DNA of 64,000 bases, taken from the NCBI RefSeq assembly GCF_058153355.1, contig NZ_CM177019.1, one strand, 5' to 3'. Under the pieces are notes generated by a model. That model was not told the DNA's origin. It made no database searches and saw nothing but the letters and a program-made list of their open reading frames with translations. The first letter of the stretch is position 1. Every line of letters begins with the position of its first letter. Below, in pieces: positions 11,078-22,008 of the stretch. The position numbers and the translations under genes are program-made.

Positions 11078-11455
11078 TTCACTGCTCCTTAGCCAATATG
11101 TATTGCCTGAATAGTAAAGTCTTTTTGGGGGTGTTAACCGCGACAAGGCTCATAGATTTACGTATCTGGAGAAATTCATATTTGACAAAAAACTCCGTGA
11201 TTCCTGTCACGAAACGGTTGCTATTATCGCAGAAATAGCATTTTAGGTGTGGAAAATGTTCTTAAAAGGTTAAATCTTGGTTTATATGGCGGGAATATTG
11301 TGAGTGGAATCGCATTCCTGAATGAAATTGATGCAAATTCAATCAGTAAAGTATCGATTCACCACGCTAACTTTTTTTGATTATTTTCTGAAAAAAGCAA
11401 AATACTACGGCCCGGATGCGATAATTAACCCACTTTTTGATTCTGGATAACTAAC

Positions 11456-13180
11456 ATGGATAACGTTGAACTTTCACCCGCAACACGCTGGGGGATGATT
11501 GCTACCGGATTACTTCAGGGTCTGGTTTGCTACCTACTGATCGCCTGGCTTGCCGGAAAAAATCTCAGTTGGATTGTTTATGGCGTGCCTGCGACCGTCG
11601 CGTTTTCATCCGTTTTACTCTTCTCCGTGATCTCCTTTAAACAGAAGCGCCTTTGGGGATGGCTGGCGCTGGTGTTTATTGCCACGCTGGGAATGAGCGG
11701 CTGGCTGAAGTGGCAAACTGATGGCATGAACCCCTGGAGAGCTGAAAAGGCGCTTTGGGATTTTGGTTGCTATCTGCTGCTGATGGCAATGTTGTTGCTA
11801 CCGTGGATACAACAAAGCCTTCGCATCCGCAATGACAGTAGCCGCTATCGCTATTTTTACCAGTCAGTATGGCATAACGTACTTATATTACTGGTGATTT
11901 TTCTCGCCAATGGCCTGACGTGGCTGGTGCTATTACTGTGGAGTGAGTTGTTTAAACTTGTTGGCATCACGTTTTTCAAAACGCTCTTTTTTGCAACCGA
12001 CTGGTTTATTTATCTCACGTTAGGTCTGGTTACCACACTGGCGGTGATCCTCGCGCGTACACAGTCACGTTTAATCGACTCTATTCAAAAGTTGTTCACG
12101 TTAATCGCCACTGGGTTGCTGCCGTTAGTATCATTGCTAACCCTGATGTTTATCATCACCCTGCCGTTTACGGGCCTGAGCGCGATTTCTCGCCACATCT
12201 CCGCCGCCGGGTTGCTGTTGACGCTGGCCTTTTTGCAATTGATTTTAATGGCTATTGTCCGCGATCCGCAAAAAGCGTCACTTCCCTGGACGGGGCCGTT
12301 GCGTTGCCTGATTAAAACCGCTCTGCTGGCTGCTCCGCTGTATGTGTTCGTCGCCGCCTGGGCGTTATGGCTGCGGGTCGCTCAGTACGGCTGGACTGTC
12401 GACCGCTTGCAGGGCACGCTGGCGGTGCTGGTGTTACTGGTATGGTCGCTGGGGTATTTTGTCAGTATCGTCTGGCGTAAAGGGCAAACCCCTCTTGTTC
12501 TTCAGGGCAAAGTGAACCTTGCGGTTTCGTTATTGGTGTTGGTAATACTGGTGCTTCTTAATTCGCCGGTGCTGGATAGTATGCGCATTAGTGTGAACAG
12601 TCATATGGCACGTTATCAGAGCGGCAAGAACACGCCAGATCAGGTAAGTCTCTACATGCTCGAACAGAACGGTCGCTATGGACGTGCGGCGCTTGAGTCG
12701 CTGAAAAGCGATGCCGAGTATATGAAAGACCCGAAACGCGCACGGGATCTGCTGATGACGTTAGATGGAGAGCAACATCTTCAGGAACAGGTATCGGAAA
12801 AAGTATTAGCCGAAAATGTGTTAATTGCCCCAGGCTCTGGCAAACCGGATACGGCATTCTGGTCGGCCTTAATCCAGGATCGCTATAACGTGATGACCTG
12901 TATTGAAAAAGACGCCTGCGTACTGGTCGAGCAAGATCTGAATAGTGATGGTCAGGCGGAGCGGATCCTGTTTGCTTTTAATGATGACAGAGTCATTGTC
13001 TATGGCTTTGACCCGGCCAGAAAAGAATGGGACGCGCTTGATATGAGTTTACTTCCGCGCCAAATAACGAAAGAAAAATTACTCGCTGCTGCGAAGGATG
13101 GAAAACTGGGGACGAAGCCTAAAGCATGGTGTGATCTGACGGTAGATGGTGAAACGCTGGAAATAAACCTAAGTAAGTGA
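11456..13180 (+). CDS. yhgE: Inner membrane protein YhgE (multi-pass, unknown function)
   Basis: 574-aa polytopic membrane ORF in the K-12 position between pck and hslO. Confidence 0.85.
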   Translation: MDNVELSPATRWGMIATGLLQGLVCYLLIAWLAGKNLSWIVYGVPATVAFSSVLLFSVISFKQKRLWGWLALVFIATLGMSGWLKWQTDGMNPWRAEKALWDFGCYLLLMAMLLLPWIQQSLRIRNDSSRYRYFYQSVWHNVLILLVIFLANGLTWLVLLLWSELFKLVGITFFKTLFFATDWFIYLTLGLVTTLAVILARTQSRLIDSIQKLFTLIATGLLPLVSLLTLMFIITLPFTGLSAISRHISAAGLLLTLAFLQLILMAIVRDPQKASLPWTGPLRCLIKTALLAAPLYVFVAAWALWLRVAQYGWTVDRLQGTLAVLVLLVWSLGYFVSIVWRKGQTPLVLQGKVNLAVSLLVLVILVLLNSPVLDSMRISVNSHMARYQSGKNTPDQVSLYMLEQNGRYGRAALESLKSDAEYMKDPKRARDLLMTLDGEQHLQEQVSEKVLAENVLIAPGSGKPDTAFWSALIQDRYNVMTCIEKDACVLVEQDLNSDGQAERILFAFNDDRVIVYGFDPARKEWDALDMSLLPRQITKEKLLAAAKDGKLGTKPKAWCDLTVDGETLEINLSK

Positions 13181-13250
13181 CAATGCGTATTTGATTTTTT
13201 ATCGGATACGACGCTTTATCTTACCAACAATAACTTGCGAATTATTGCAT

Positions 13251-13278
13251 AGGCCTGGTAAGCGCAGCGCATCAGGCC
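13251..13278. repeat. REP element
   Basis: The reverse complement ggcctgatgcgctgcgcttaccaggcct matches the REP consensus. Confidence 0.6.
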
Positions 13279-13286
13279 ATTACGTC

Positions 13287-13315
13287 GTAAAATCCGGCAG
13301 AGCACTCTCTGCCGG
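13287..13315 (-). terminator. Probable hslO terminator
   Basis: ccggcagagcactctctgccgg hairpin with a T-run on the minus strand immediately downstream of hslO. Confidence 0.5.
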
Positions 13316-13324
13316 ACATACTCA

Positions 13325-14203
13325 TTAATGAACTTGCGGATCTGCCGGAGACGCGTTGTTGCGGATTTCAGCAATATCCATCGCATTGAACAGATAGTGG
13401 TTACCGCAGTAATCACAATGCATGTCAATTTCGCCTTCTTCCGCCAGAATGCTATCCACTTCTTCATCCGGCAGCGTTTTTAGCGCGTCGGCGCAACGTT
13501 CACGCGAGCAGGTGCATTTGAACTCCACATCCTGCGGATCGTAAACCGTCACCTCTTCTTCGTGATACAAACGCCACAACACTTCGTTTGCCGGTAAGGT
13601 CAGCAGTTCTTCGGTTTTGATGGTTTCGGTTAGCGTTGCCAGGTGGTCAAAGTCGTCCTGCTGGGCATTTTGCGCAGGCATTACCTGCAACAACATACCG
13701 CCTGCAGCCGGTTTGCCGTCTACGTCGCCGGTGCGAATAAACAGGCGCGTCGGCAGCTGTTCAGAACGCATAAAGTAATCTTCCAGGCAGGCCGCCAGGG
13801 TATCACCTTCCAGACCAACCACGCCCTGATAGCGTTCGCCTTCGCTCGGAGTAATGGTGATCACTACGTAACCATTGCCGACCAGCGTTTTCAGGTCGGC
13901 ATTTTCTGGAATTTCGCCCTGCACGCGCGCCACACCGCGCATCTGCTGGTTGTTGTTACCATTAATAACCGCCAGATTCATCGGTCCGTCGCCTTGCAGT
14001 TGTACGGTGATATCACCATCAAACTTCAGCGTAGCGGTTAACAGGCTGGTCGCAACCAGCAGTTCTGCCAGCACGTTTTTAACGGGCTGCGGATAATCGT
14101 GATTCTCAAGGATCTGTTGCAGGGTTTCCGAAACGGTTACCAGTTCGCCGCGAACGGCAAAGTTTTCAAACAGATAGCGATGTAATTGGTCATGTTGCGG
14201 CAT
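13325..14203 (-). CDS. hslO: Redox-regulated chaperone Hsp33
   Basis: [22 protein letters not shown]..., with C-terminal zinc-centre cysteines CTCSRERC...CDYCG; 292 aa from the third ATG. Confidence 0.95.
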   Translation of the reverse strand: MPQHDQLHRYLFENFAVRGELVTVSETLQQILENHDYPQPVKNVLAELLVATSLLTATLKFDGDITVQLQGDGPMNLAVINGNNNQQMRGVARVQGEIPENADLKTLVGNGYVVITITPSEGERYQGVVGLEGDTLAACLEDYFMRSEQLPTRLFIRTGDVDGKPAAGGMLLQVMPAQNAQQDDFDHLATLTETIKTEELLTLPANEVLWRLYHEEEVTVYDPQDVEFKCTCSRERCADALKTLPDEEVDSILAEEGEIDMHCDYCGNHYLFNAMDIAEIRNNASPADPQVH

Positions 14204-14227
14204 AATCATCTCTCTTGCAGGTGACAG

Positions 14228-14629
14228 TTATTCACTGTCGCCATGTTTAAATCGTAACAGGTCGCGGCGCTCTTTTTTGTCCGGGCGTCGGTCCGGGTGC
14301 GGCATGGTTAAGGCATTAAGTTTACGTGCCAGCGCCATTTTTTCGCGTTTCTCTACACTTTCTGCAGTCTCTTCATACAGCAAGACTGCCTCGCTGGCGG
14401 GGCGACGCTGTTCAGTAATCGCCTTTACAATCACCGTTCGTTCGTCATTTCCCTGGCGCAGAGTGAGCGTGGCATTCAGCTCGACGATTTTGCTTGGCTT
14501 GCTGCGCTGCCCGTTGTAGTGCACCTTACCGCCTTCGATCATTTCGCGGGCCAGCGCGCGGGTTTTATAAAAACGGGCGGCCCATAGCCATTTATCCAGT
14601 CGAACCTCAACAGCAGGTTTTTCTTTCAT
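14228..14629 (-). CDS. hslR: Ribosome-associated heat shock protein Hsp15
   Basis: 133 aa, MKEKPAVEVRLDKWLWAARFYKTRALAREMIEGGKVHYNGQ (S4-like RNA-binding). Confidence 0.95.
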   Translation of the reverse strand: MKEKPAVEVRLDKWLWAARFYKTRALAREMIEGGKVHYNGQRSKPSKIVELNATLTLRQGNDERTVIVKAITEQRRPASEAVLLYEETAESVEKREKMALARKLNALTMPHPDRRPDKKERRDLLRFKHGDSE

Positions 14630-14639
14630 GGCGTCTCCT

Positions 14640-15308
14640 TCACATTAGCGAGGGGATCAGGCGGCGGTAGTCATTCAGTGACGGATGGTGCTGATACTGT
14701 TTCTCGGCAATCCCGGAGTCAGGATTAGTCACACCGAGGCAGTAACGAATACCAAATTGTGCGGCAGCATCGAGAATCGCTTCGCTGTCATCAATAAACA
14801 GCGTTCTTTCAGCTTTCATACCCGTAGCTTCGGCCACCGCATGCCATAACCGCTGATCCTCTTTCGGATAACCAAATGTGTGGGTGGAAAGTAATAAATC
14901 AAGGTGTGCGTCCAGACCGGTATGCTCAAGTTTTACCGCCAGGTTATGCGGATGAGCATTGGTGAGCAAAATTCGTTGCTTACCACTGGCTTTCAGTGCC
15001 TCAAGAAACGGAATGGTATCTTCACGCAGCACGGCACGCGGTCCCATCTCAGTGGTCATCGCACAGATATCCAGACCCAGTTGCTCACTCCAGTAATCAA
15101 GACAGTACCAGTTTAGCGTATGCTGCACGTCGTGATATTGCTGGCGCATATATTCCATCGCTTCCTGTGGCGTGACCCCGTTTTTCGCCCCCCATGTTTC
15201 AGGCACCAGTTTTTGCCAGAAATAGTTATCGAAGGCGAGGTCGAGCAACGTGCCGTCCATATCCAGCAGAACGGTATCTACGTCCTGCCAGGCAATGTTG
15301 ATATGCAT
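14640..15308 (-). CDS. yrfG: HAD-family GMP/IMP nucleotidase YrfG
   Basis: Internal start MHINIAWQDVDTVLLDMDGTLLD (HAD motif DxDGT) gives 222 aa; the longer track ORF would overlap igaA. Confidence 0.9.
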   Translation of the reverse strand: MHINIAWQDVDTVLLDMDGTLLDLAFDNYFWQKLVPETWGAKNGVTPQEAMEYMRQQYHDVQHTLNWYCLDYWSEQLGLDICAMTTEMGPRAVLREDTIPFLEALKASGKQRILLTNAHPHNLAVKLEHTGLDAHLDLLLSTHTFGYPKEDQRLWHAVAEATGMKAERTLFIDDSEAILDAAAQFGIRYCLGVTNPDSGIAEKQYQHHPSLNDYRRLIPSLM

Positions 15309-15372
15309 GAGGGAAATCTCCAGAGTGAAGCAATTTGCGCGACAGGGTAGCATAACCTGCCGCGCAAACGTG

Positions 15373-17508
15373 TTATTCAATAAGGCTTTCTGAAGAGGTA
15401 ATCAGTTGCGGATTCAGGCAGCTTTCATAATAGGCCTGAATCTCCATCATCCTGGTGCGATGACGTTGATAACGACGCCACGCCTGCACGCCATTATAGA
15501 TGGCGCTACCCAGCATCGTCAGTAGCAAAAGTGTGGTGCTGAGATAGCGCCACAGGCCGGAACGATCCGGGATCGGATGAAGGCCTATATGCTGCGTACC
15601 ATTGGCGTCGGTGAAGATTTTTGTGACGATGCCTTCGGCGTTAAACGGCGTATGCATTAACATTTGCGCCAGTTTCTGGAAAGCGTTCCACTGTTCTTGC
15701 GGCGGGTAGTCGTAAAGTGATGTTGAAGGCCAGGGTTGATCAACAAAATCGCTGCCTTCGTCGCTGACAATCAGGAATCCGCCTGGGGCCGGACTGTTAA
15801 GTGACTGTGCCGCTCGCGCTGTTTCATGCGTGATGAACGGTGCGGTGGAGGTCGCCACCAGGTTATCCAGCGATTCCGCACTCACTGGGCGTAATAACAC
15901 ATTCACGCCATCGAGTTTCCCGGCGTTAGCGCGTTTGACCAGCGCGTCCCAGTCTTTACTGTTGCCGAGATTGACCAGCGCATTTTTCAGTCGCACACAG
16001 TCATCTTTGGCAGAACACAGATCCGCTGTCTTCAGTACTATGTCGCCAAAATCATCAAGCAATACCATGCCGGATTTTTGAATTGCTGAACGTAATGAGG
16101 CGCTGACGCGAGATTCATCTTCCGGTTTAGGGTGCAGCTGGCGATTAACTGCTTCGGTCAATGCCGTCGCTTTGTTGACCAGTTCAGATTCTGGTAATGG
16201 TAATGAACGGGCGTCATTCCAGATGATCTGCGAGCAGTCAAACGGTAAAAAAGGTGAATTGGTTTTCGCGCTCCAGGTACCGGAAGTGCGAATATTACAC
16301 ATTCCCGTACCGCTAATACGCAATGTATCGCCAACCCGCACGCCAGCGTCAGCCAGTTGTTTCACGCTGGTGGCTTCAATGGTCTGCGCGCCTTTCATCC
16401 ACGAGAGGGTGAATTTCAGCGGCATATCCAGCGGGATCCAGAATAACAGCATAAACAGCACCAGTAGCGAGCCCGCAGCGATAATCGTACTGCGCAGCCA
16501 GTGCTGTAACGGAAAGTTTTTTACTTCATCATGCAGCGAAAGATATCGCCCCTGACGCACTACGTGGCGGTCGAGATAGATATCGATATCGGTTTGTTGG
16601 CCGAGATCCTGAGCAATGTAGGGCTGCCAGTGTGCGGGATAGACCAGGTCGATAATACCGAGTGAAATATTGTTGATCTGTTCCTGATCGTTTTCGCCAA
16701 ACAATCCCCAACGACGGGGTGTACCGCGCAGACAATGAATTTCCCGCAGGGAGGATTTTGCCGGGGGCGCGAATAGCCCCCACAGTCCTGCGCCCAGCAG
16801 CAGTAACGCGCCGCCTGCCAGCCACGGAACAAATACATCCGGGGTAATCAGGCAGAAAAAGAACATCAGGAAGGAGGCGACAATCAGCAACGCTTCGCGC
16901 AGCCCGCGCGGACGACTTAGCGCATACTCTTCGTGCGTTTCTTTGCGAATATTGAGTAGCTCGATTTGCTCACTCTCTTCCCCGCGAATAGACGCCTGTG
17001 TTGACGGAACAGGTTGCAAGGCATAGCCGCGAGTTTCCTGCATGTACTCCTGCAGCGTATGACCGTTGAGTGAAATAACCAGCGGCAGCGAATCGGTATG
17101 AATCAGTTCAACGGTATTCTCATCGTTGATGTACTGCTCCCAGAAAGGGGGCAGGTGGACTTCTACCGAATCGAGGTAGTAACGCCATTTATTCGGATCG
17201 TCGGTAGAGATGCCGTAACGCGTGATAGCGTGTGTCAGCATCATGACGTTGTTGCTTTCGGCATTCAGCGCCAGAGAGATCGGTGCCGCGCTGGCTCCCG
17301 TTGGGCCCGGCACCTGTAATACCTGCGTCAGGCTCTCAAGATAATTTTCAACGGCGCTACGTTCTTCAGGTGTGAGTTTACGCGTTTGCGCATCCGCGAA
17401 GGCGTTGGTCCAGGGCAGCTGACGCCGTCTGGATCGCACTTTTATCAGCCATCCCGCAAGTAGTGAGCAGGCCAGCAAAGCAGCTAAAAAAATCACAATG
17501 GTGCTCAT
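15373..17508 (-). CDS. igaA: Intracellular growth attenuator IgaA (negative regulator of the Rcs phosphorelay)
   Basis: 711-aa membrane protein MSTIVIFLAALLACSLLAGWLIKVR...; size and position match yrfF/igaA. Confidence 0.9.
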   Translation of the reverse strand: MSTIVIFLAALLACSLLAGWLIKVRSRRRQLPWTNAFADAQTRKLTPEERSAVENYLESLTQVLQVPGPTGASAAPISLALNAESNNVMMLTHAITRYGISTDDPNKWRYYLDSVEVHLPPFWEQYINDENTVELIHTDSLPLVISLNGHTLQEYMQETRGYALQPVPSTQASIRGEESEQIELLNIRKETHEEYALSRPRGLREALLIVASFLMFFFCLITPDVFVPWLAGGALLLLGAGLWGLFAPPAKSSLREIHCLRGTPRRWGLFGENDQEQINNISLGIIDLVYPAHWQPYIAQDLGQQTDIDIYLDRHVVRQGRYLSLHDEVKNFPLQHWLRSTIIAAGSLLVLFMLLFWIPLDMPLKFTLSWMKGAQTIEATSVKQLADAGVRVGDTLRISGTGMCNIRTSGTWSAKTNSPFLPFDCSQIIWNDARSLPLPESELVNKATALTEAVNRQLHPKPEDESRVSASLRSAIQKSGMVLLDDFGDIVLKTADLCSAKDDCVRLKNALVNLGNSKDWDALVKRANAGKLDGVNVLLRPVSAESLDNLVATSTAPFITHETARAAQSLNSPAPGGFLIVSDEGSDFVDQPWPSTSLYDYPPQEQWNAFQKLAQMLMHTPFNAEGIVTKIFTDANGTQHIGLHPIPDRSGLWRYLSTTLLLLTMLGSAIYNGVQAWRRYQRHRTRMMEIQAYYESCLNPQLITSSESLIE

Positions 17509-17624
17509 GCTTTCCCCATCTTACTTAGTCTGTCAGGCGTGGTCAGTCGCACCGGACACAATACATGATTCTGCGGTTGGCTATCGGCAAGCGTGGAGTT
17601 TAACTTGAGCATCATTAAGCACAT

Positions 17625-17640
17625 CACAGTAACCGCTGAT
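17625..17640. repeat. Direct-repeat copy A (CACAGTAACCGCTGAT) in igaA-nudE divergent intergenic region
   Basis: 16-mer repeated with one mismatch at 17792..17807. Confidence 0.4.
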
Positions 17641-17791
17641 CATAGCAAACCCTCTGAAGGCGGAATATCAGCAAATTCCTGGAGTTATTTCAACCTATTG
17701 ACTTTTAATTTGATTTGAGGATGATTATTTAATAAGTTACATAAATGTAAATAACATGCAATTCACATTGCCGAAAGCGTGTCCGATATCG

Positions 17792-17807
17792 CACAATAAC
17801 CGCTGAT
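17792..17807. repeat. Direct-repeat copy B (CACAATAACCGCTGAT) just upstream of nudE
   Basis: Second copy of the 16-mer, 21 bp before the nudE ATG. Confidence 0.4.
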
Positions 17808-17827
17808 TTCACAGCATAGATCCCACG

Positions 17828-18388
17828 ATGAGCAAATCATTACAAAAACCCACCATTCTGAATGTTGAAACTGTAGCCCGTTCACGACTGTTTACCGTCG
17901 AAAGCGTGGATCTGGAGTTCAGCAATGGCGTGCGGCGTGTTTATGAACGAATGCGTCCAACCAACCGGGAAGCGGTGATGATTGTGCCGATTGTGGACGA
18001 TCACCTGATCCTGATCCGCGAATACGCAGTGGGAACGGAATCCTACGAATTAGGTTTTTCGAAAGGATTAATTGATCCGGGTGAAAGCGTCTACGAAGCC
18101 GCTAACCGCGAGCTAAAAGAAGAGGTTGGATTTGGTGCGAACGATCTGACTTTTTTGAAGAAGCTCAGCATGGCACCGTCTTACTTTTCCAGCAAAATGA
18201 ATATCGTAGTAGCGCAAGATCTCTACCCGGAATCGCTGGAAGGCGATGAGCCAGAGCCGCTACCACAGGTGCGCTGGCCGCTGGCGCATATGATGGATTT
18301 GCTGGAAGATCCTGACTTCAACGAAGCACGTAATGTCAGCGCACTGTTCCTCGTGCGCGAGTGGTTGAAGGAGCAGGGGCGAGTGTAA
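17828..18388 (+). CDS. nudE: ADP-sugar diphosphatase NudE (Nudix hydrolase)
   Basis: 186 aa, MSKSLQKPTILNVETVARSRLF..., with Nudix box GLIDPGESVYEAANRELKEEVG. Confidence 0.95.
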   Translation: MSKSLQKPTILNVETVARSRLFTVESVDLEFSNGVRRVYERMRPTNREAVMIVPIVDDHLILIREYAVGTESYELGFSKGLIDPGESVYEAANRELKEEVGFGANDLTFLKKLSMAPSYFSSKMNIVVAQDLYPESLEGDEPEPLPQVRWPLAHMMDLLEDPDFNEARNVSALFLVREWLKEQGRV

Positions 18389-18400
18389 ATGCGTGAAGTT

Positions 18401-18475
18401 TGCCTGATGCACAATGCTTATCAGGCCTGCGCGGCTCCTGCAATATATTGATTTTTATCGATATTTTCAGACGGA
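18401..18475. repeat. REP-like palindromic units
   Basis: gcctgatgcacaatgcttatcaggc and cggataacgtgttcacgccgtatccgg palindromes in the nudE-mrcA convergent spacer. Confidence 0.5.
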
Positions 18476-18530
18476 TAACGTGTTCACGCCGTATCCGGTA
18501 TAAATAAAGTGACACTTTGTCAGCAAACAG

Positions 18531-18555
18531 AAAAAGGCGCCGAAGCGCCTTTTTA
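18531..18555. terminator. Bidirectional intrinsic terminator (nudE / mrcA)
   Basis: aaaaaggcgccgaagcgccttttt: GC hairpin flanked by A- and T-runs, 2 bp from the mrcA stop. Confidence 0.75.
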
Positions 18556-18556
18556 A

Positions 18557-21109
18557 TCAGAACAATTCCTGTGCCTCGCCATTATCGATAATGGTCGTTC
18601 CCACCTCGTGCACCGCCTGTTGTGTCGGCTGTGTACCTTCGATGAAATACTCTTCGCGGCTGTTGCCACCATTAGCTAACTGCCCGGTGCTGCGATCGAT
18701 ATTCACCGTCACAATACCCGGCGGCGGCGTCAGCGGCTGTTCCGGCACGCCTTCAAGAACGGCTTTCATATAAGCGTCCCATGCAGGCTGGGCACTCTTG
18801 GCACCGCCTTCGTAACCTGAGATCTGATCTTTAATCGCTCCGGAAGCCGTTGTATGACCGAGATTACGGCGGTGATCATCAAAGCCAATCCAAACCGAGG
18901 TCACAACGCCCGGACCGTAACCCGAGAACCACGCATCTTTCGAACTGTTAGTGGTACCCGTTTTTCCGCCGATATCATGCCGTTGTAAATCACGACCTGC
19001 TCGCCAGCCGGTACCCTGCCAGCCTGGCTCACCAAAAATATTGGTGTTCAGGGCGCTCTTAATCAGGAATGCCAGCGGAGTGTTGATGACGTGCGGTGCG
19101 TACTCCTGCGCGCCAGTCTTCGCGACTAACGCCTGATTCGCCTGCTCCAGCTGCGGCATTGGTACAGAAACATTCTGCTGCTCGCGGGAGATAGCGACAT
19201 CTTCAACATCGTTATTTTCCAGCACGTTCGATTTCTGCGTATCACCGTAAATCACCGGAATATCGCATTCCGGGCAGGCTACTTTCGGTTTCGCTTCGAA
19301 AATCACGCCGCCCTGATCGTTTTCAATTTTGCTGATAAACCACGGGTCCACCAGGAAGCCGCCGTTCGCCATTACCGCGTAGCCGCGCGCCACCTGCATT
19401 GGGGTGAAGGACGCTGAACCCAGCGCCAGCGATTCGGTGTGGACAATGTTTTGCGCCGGGAAGCCGAAGCGTTGCAGATATTCTGCAGCGTAGTCGACGC
19501 CCATCGCCCGCATTGCGCGTACCATCACCACGTTTTTCGACTGGCCCAGTCCCTGACGTAAGCGAATTGGACCGGCATACTGTGGTGGTGAGTTCTTCGG
19601 CTGCCAGTCAGAACCGGCACCTGCATCCCAGCGGGAAATTGGCACATCGTTCAACATACTTGCCAGCGTCAGACCTTTATCCATCGCCGCGGTGTAGAGG
19701 AACGGTTTGATGTTGGAACCTACCTGACGCAGTGCCTGGGTGGCGCGGTTAAACTTGCTCTGATTGAAATCAAAGCCACCGACCAGCGCCATAACGGCAC
19801 CGTTTTGCGGATTGATCGACACCAGCGCCGAGTTCACTTCCGGCACTTGTGCCAGCCACCATGTATCGCCAACCTGACGAACCCAGATTTGCTGACCCGT
19901 TTGCAGAACATCGGTCACTTTACGCGGCGTCGGTCCCTGCTGAGTATCCGAACGGTAAGGACGCGCCCAGCGAACGCCTTCCATACTCAATGCGACGGTC
20001 GACCCGTCCGCCAGCATCGCCGTCGCTTCCTGAGGATTGGCGCTGGTGACTGCGGCAGGCAGCAGCGGACCATAGGTCGGCAGCGCCTTCAGCGTATCGG
20101 TAATCTTGTTGTTATCCCACGCCGATTCGCCCACTTTCCACAGCACATTTGCCGGGCCGCGATAGCCGTGGCGCATGTCGTAGTCCAGCACGTTATTACG
20201 TACTGCCTGCTGTGCGGCCTGCTGTACTTTGCGGGTGATGGTGGTGTAAATGCGATAACCGTCTTCATAGGCACTTTCGCCATAACGGTTATACATCTCC
20301 TGGCGCACCATTTCGCTCAGGTACGGCGCAGAGAAAGCAATCTCCGGCGCGTGATAGTTAGCGTTAATCGCCTCAGTGCGTGTCTGATCGAACTGTTGTT
20401 GGGTGATATACCCTTCATCCAGCATCCGCGACAGTACGACGTTACGCCGCGCGACGGCACGATCCATTGAGTAGAGCGGATTAAAGGTGGAAGGCGCTTT
20501 CGGCAGCCCGGCTATCACCGCCATTTCGTTCAGCGTCAGTTGGTCGACCGTTTTACCGAAATAGACTTGTGCCGCAGCACCGACACCATAGGCGCGGTAA
20601 CCGAGGTAAATCTTGTTCAGATAAAGCTCGAGGATCTCGTCTTTCGTCAGCAACTGTTCAATGCGAATCGCGAGGAAGACTTCCTTAATCTTACGCATCA
20701 GCGTGCGTTCTGGACTGAGGAAGAAGTTTCTCGCCAGCTGCTGGGTAATGGTACTCGCCCCTTGTGACGCGTGGCCGGAGAACAGCGCCACACTTGCCGC
20801 ACGGAAGATCCCCACCGGGTCAACGCCGTGATGCTCGTAGAAGCGGCTGTCTTCCGTCGCGATAAAGGCTTTCACCATCTCCGGCGGGATTTGATCCAAC
20901 GTAACCGGAATACGACGTTTCTCACCGTATTGAGCAATCAGCTCGCCATCGGCGCTGTAAATCTGCATCGGAATTTGCAGGCGAACATCTTTTAATGTCG
21001 CCACATCCGGCAGTTGTGGCTCGATGTAGCGGTATAGGCCATAAATCGAGCCTGCTCCCAGCAGAATGCAACAGACTGCAAGGATCAAAAAATACTTTAC
21101 GAACTTCAC
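18557..21109 (-). CDS. mrcA: Penicillin-binding protein 1A (bifunctional transglycosylase/transpeptidase)
   Basis: Track ORF is 858 aa (MKLNGKFPVKFVKYFLIL...). The K-12 product is remembered as about 850 aa starting at the GTG that gives MKFVKYFLIL, so the start is placed there; the alternative ATG start is at 21133. Confidence 0.9.
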   Translation of the reverse strand: MKFVKYFLILAVCCILLGAGSIYGLYRYIEPQLPDVATLKDVRLQIPMQIYSADGELIAQYGEKRRIPVTLDQIPPEMVKAFIATEDSRFYEHHGVDPVGIFRAASVALFSGHASQGASTITQQLARNFFLSPERTLMRKIKEVFLAIRIEQLLTKDEILELYLNKIYLGYRAYGVGAAAQVYFGKTVDQLTLNEMAVIAGLPKAPSTFNPLYSMDRAVARRNVVLSRMLDEGYITQQQFDQTRTEAINANYHAPEIAFSAPYLSEMVRQEMYNRYGESAYEDGYRIYTTITRKVQQAAQQAVRNNVLDYDMRHGYRGPANVLWKVGESAWDNNKITDTLKALPTYGPLLPAAVTSANPQEATAMLADGSTVALSMEGVRWARPYRSDTQQGPTPRKVTDVLQTGQQIWVRQVGDTWWLAQVPEVNSALVSINPQNGAVMALVGGFDFNQSKFNRATQALRQVGSNIKPFLYTAAMDKGLTLASMLNDVPISRWDAGAGSDWQPKNSPPQYAGPIRLRQGLGQSKNVVMVRAMRAMGVDYAAEYLQRFGFPAQNIVHTESLALGSASFTPMQVARGYAVMANGGFLVDPWFISKIENDQGGVIFEAKPKVACPECDIPVIYGDTQKSNVLENNDVEDVAISREQQNVSVPMPQLEQANQALVAKTGAQEYAPHVINTPLAFLIKSALNTNIFGEPGWQGTGWRAGRDLQRHDIGGKTGTTNSSKDAWFSGYGPGVVTSVWIGFDDHRRNLGHTTASGAIKDQISGYEGGAKSAQPAWDAYMKAVLEGVPEQPLTPPPGIVTVNIDRSTGQLANGGNSREEYFIEGTQPTQQAVHEVGTTIIDNGEAQELF

Positions 21110-21228
21110 TGGAAATTTCCCATTTAGTTTCATTTGGGCAGTTTATAAACAAACGCGCGGTAGTATAAAGGCAAGCCAGACGCATTGATATACCCGTCAG
21201 AGTGACGGGTGATAAGGAGATCATCACG

Positions 21229-22008
21229 ATGGCATTTAAGATCTGGCAAATTGGTTTGCATTTACAACAGCAAGAAGCGGTGGCGGTTGCGATCGTGCGG
21301 GGCGCAAAAGAATGCTTTTTGCAACGCTGGTGGCGGTTGCCGCTGGCGAACGACATAATCAAAGATGGGCGGATTGTCGATGCACAGCGGCTGGCTAAAA
21401 CGTTGTTACCGTGGAGTCGCGAACTGCCGCAGCGTCATCACATTATGTTGGCGTTTCCCGCCAGTCGCACATTACAGCGGTCATTTCCGCGCCCGTCGAT
21501 GTCCCTTGGTGAGCGGGAGCAAACGGCCTGGCTGTCCGGGACGATGGCCCGCGAGCTGGATATGGATCCGGACTCCCTGCGCTTCGATTACAGCGAAGAC
21601 TCACTCAGTCCCGCCTATAACGTGACTGCCGCGCAAAGCAAAGAGCTGGCAACGCTGCTTACTTTGGCAGAAAGGTTGCGTGTTCATGTTAGTGCGATCA
21701 CCCCGGATGCCAGTGCATTACAGCGATTCCTGCCTTTTTTACCTTCTCATCAGCAATGTCTGGCCTGGCGTGATAACGAACAGTGGCTGTGGGCGACGCG
21801 CTATAGCTGGGGGCGCAAACTGGCGGTGGGGATGACTAGCGCGAAGGAGCTGGCGGCAGCGTTATCCGTTGATCCCGAAAGCGTCGCGCTATGTGGCGAA
21901 GGCGGATTTGACCCGTGGGAGGCGGTTTCTGTTCGTCAGCCGCCGCTACCGCCGCCAGGTGGAGACTTTGCCATCGCGCTGGGGCTGGCGCTAGGGAAGG
22001 CGTACTGA
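21229..22008 (+). CDS. hofM: Type IV pilus/DNA-uptake assembly protein HofM (PilM-like)
   Basis: MAFKIWQIGLHLQQQE... preceded by an AAGGAG RBS; first gene of the hofMNOPQ cluster, divergent from mrcA. Confidence 0.85.
   Translation: MAFKIWQIGLHLQQQEAVAVAIVRGAKECFLQRWWRLPLANDIIKDGRIVDAQRLAKTLLPWSRELPQRHHIMLAFPASRTLQRSFPRPSMSLGEREQTAWLSGTMARELDMDPDSLRFDYSEDSLSPAYNVTAAQSKELATLLTLAERLRVHVSAITPDASALQRFLPFLPSHQQCLAWRDNEQWLWATRYSWGRKLAVGMTSAKELAAALSVDPESVALCGEGGFDPWEAVSVRQPPLPPPGGDFAIALGLALGKAY

Noticed and set aside
19805-20470. 221-aa plus-strand ORF inside mrcA
   Set aside because: Antisense shadow ORF within PBP1a; Arg/His-rich composition.
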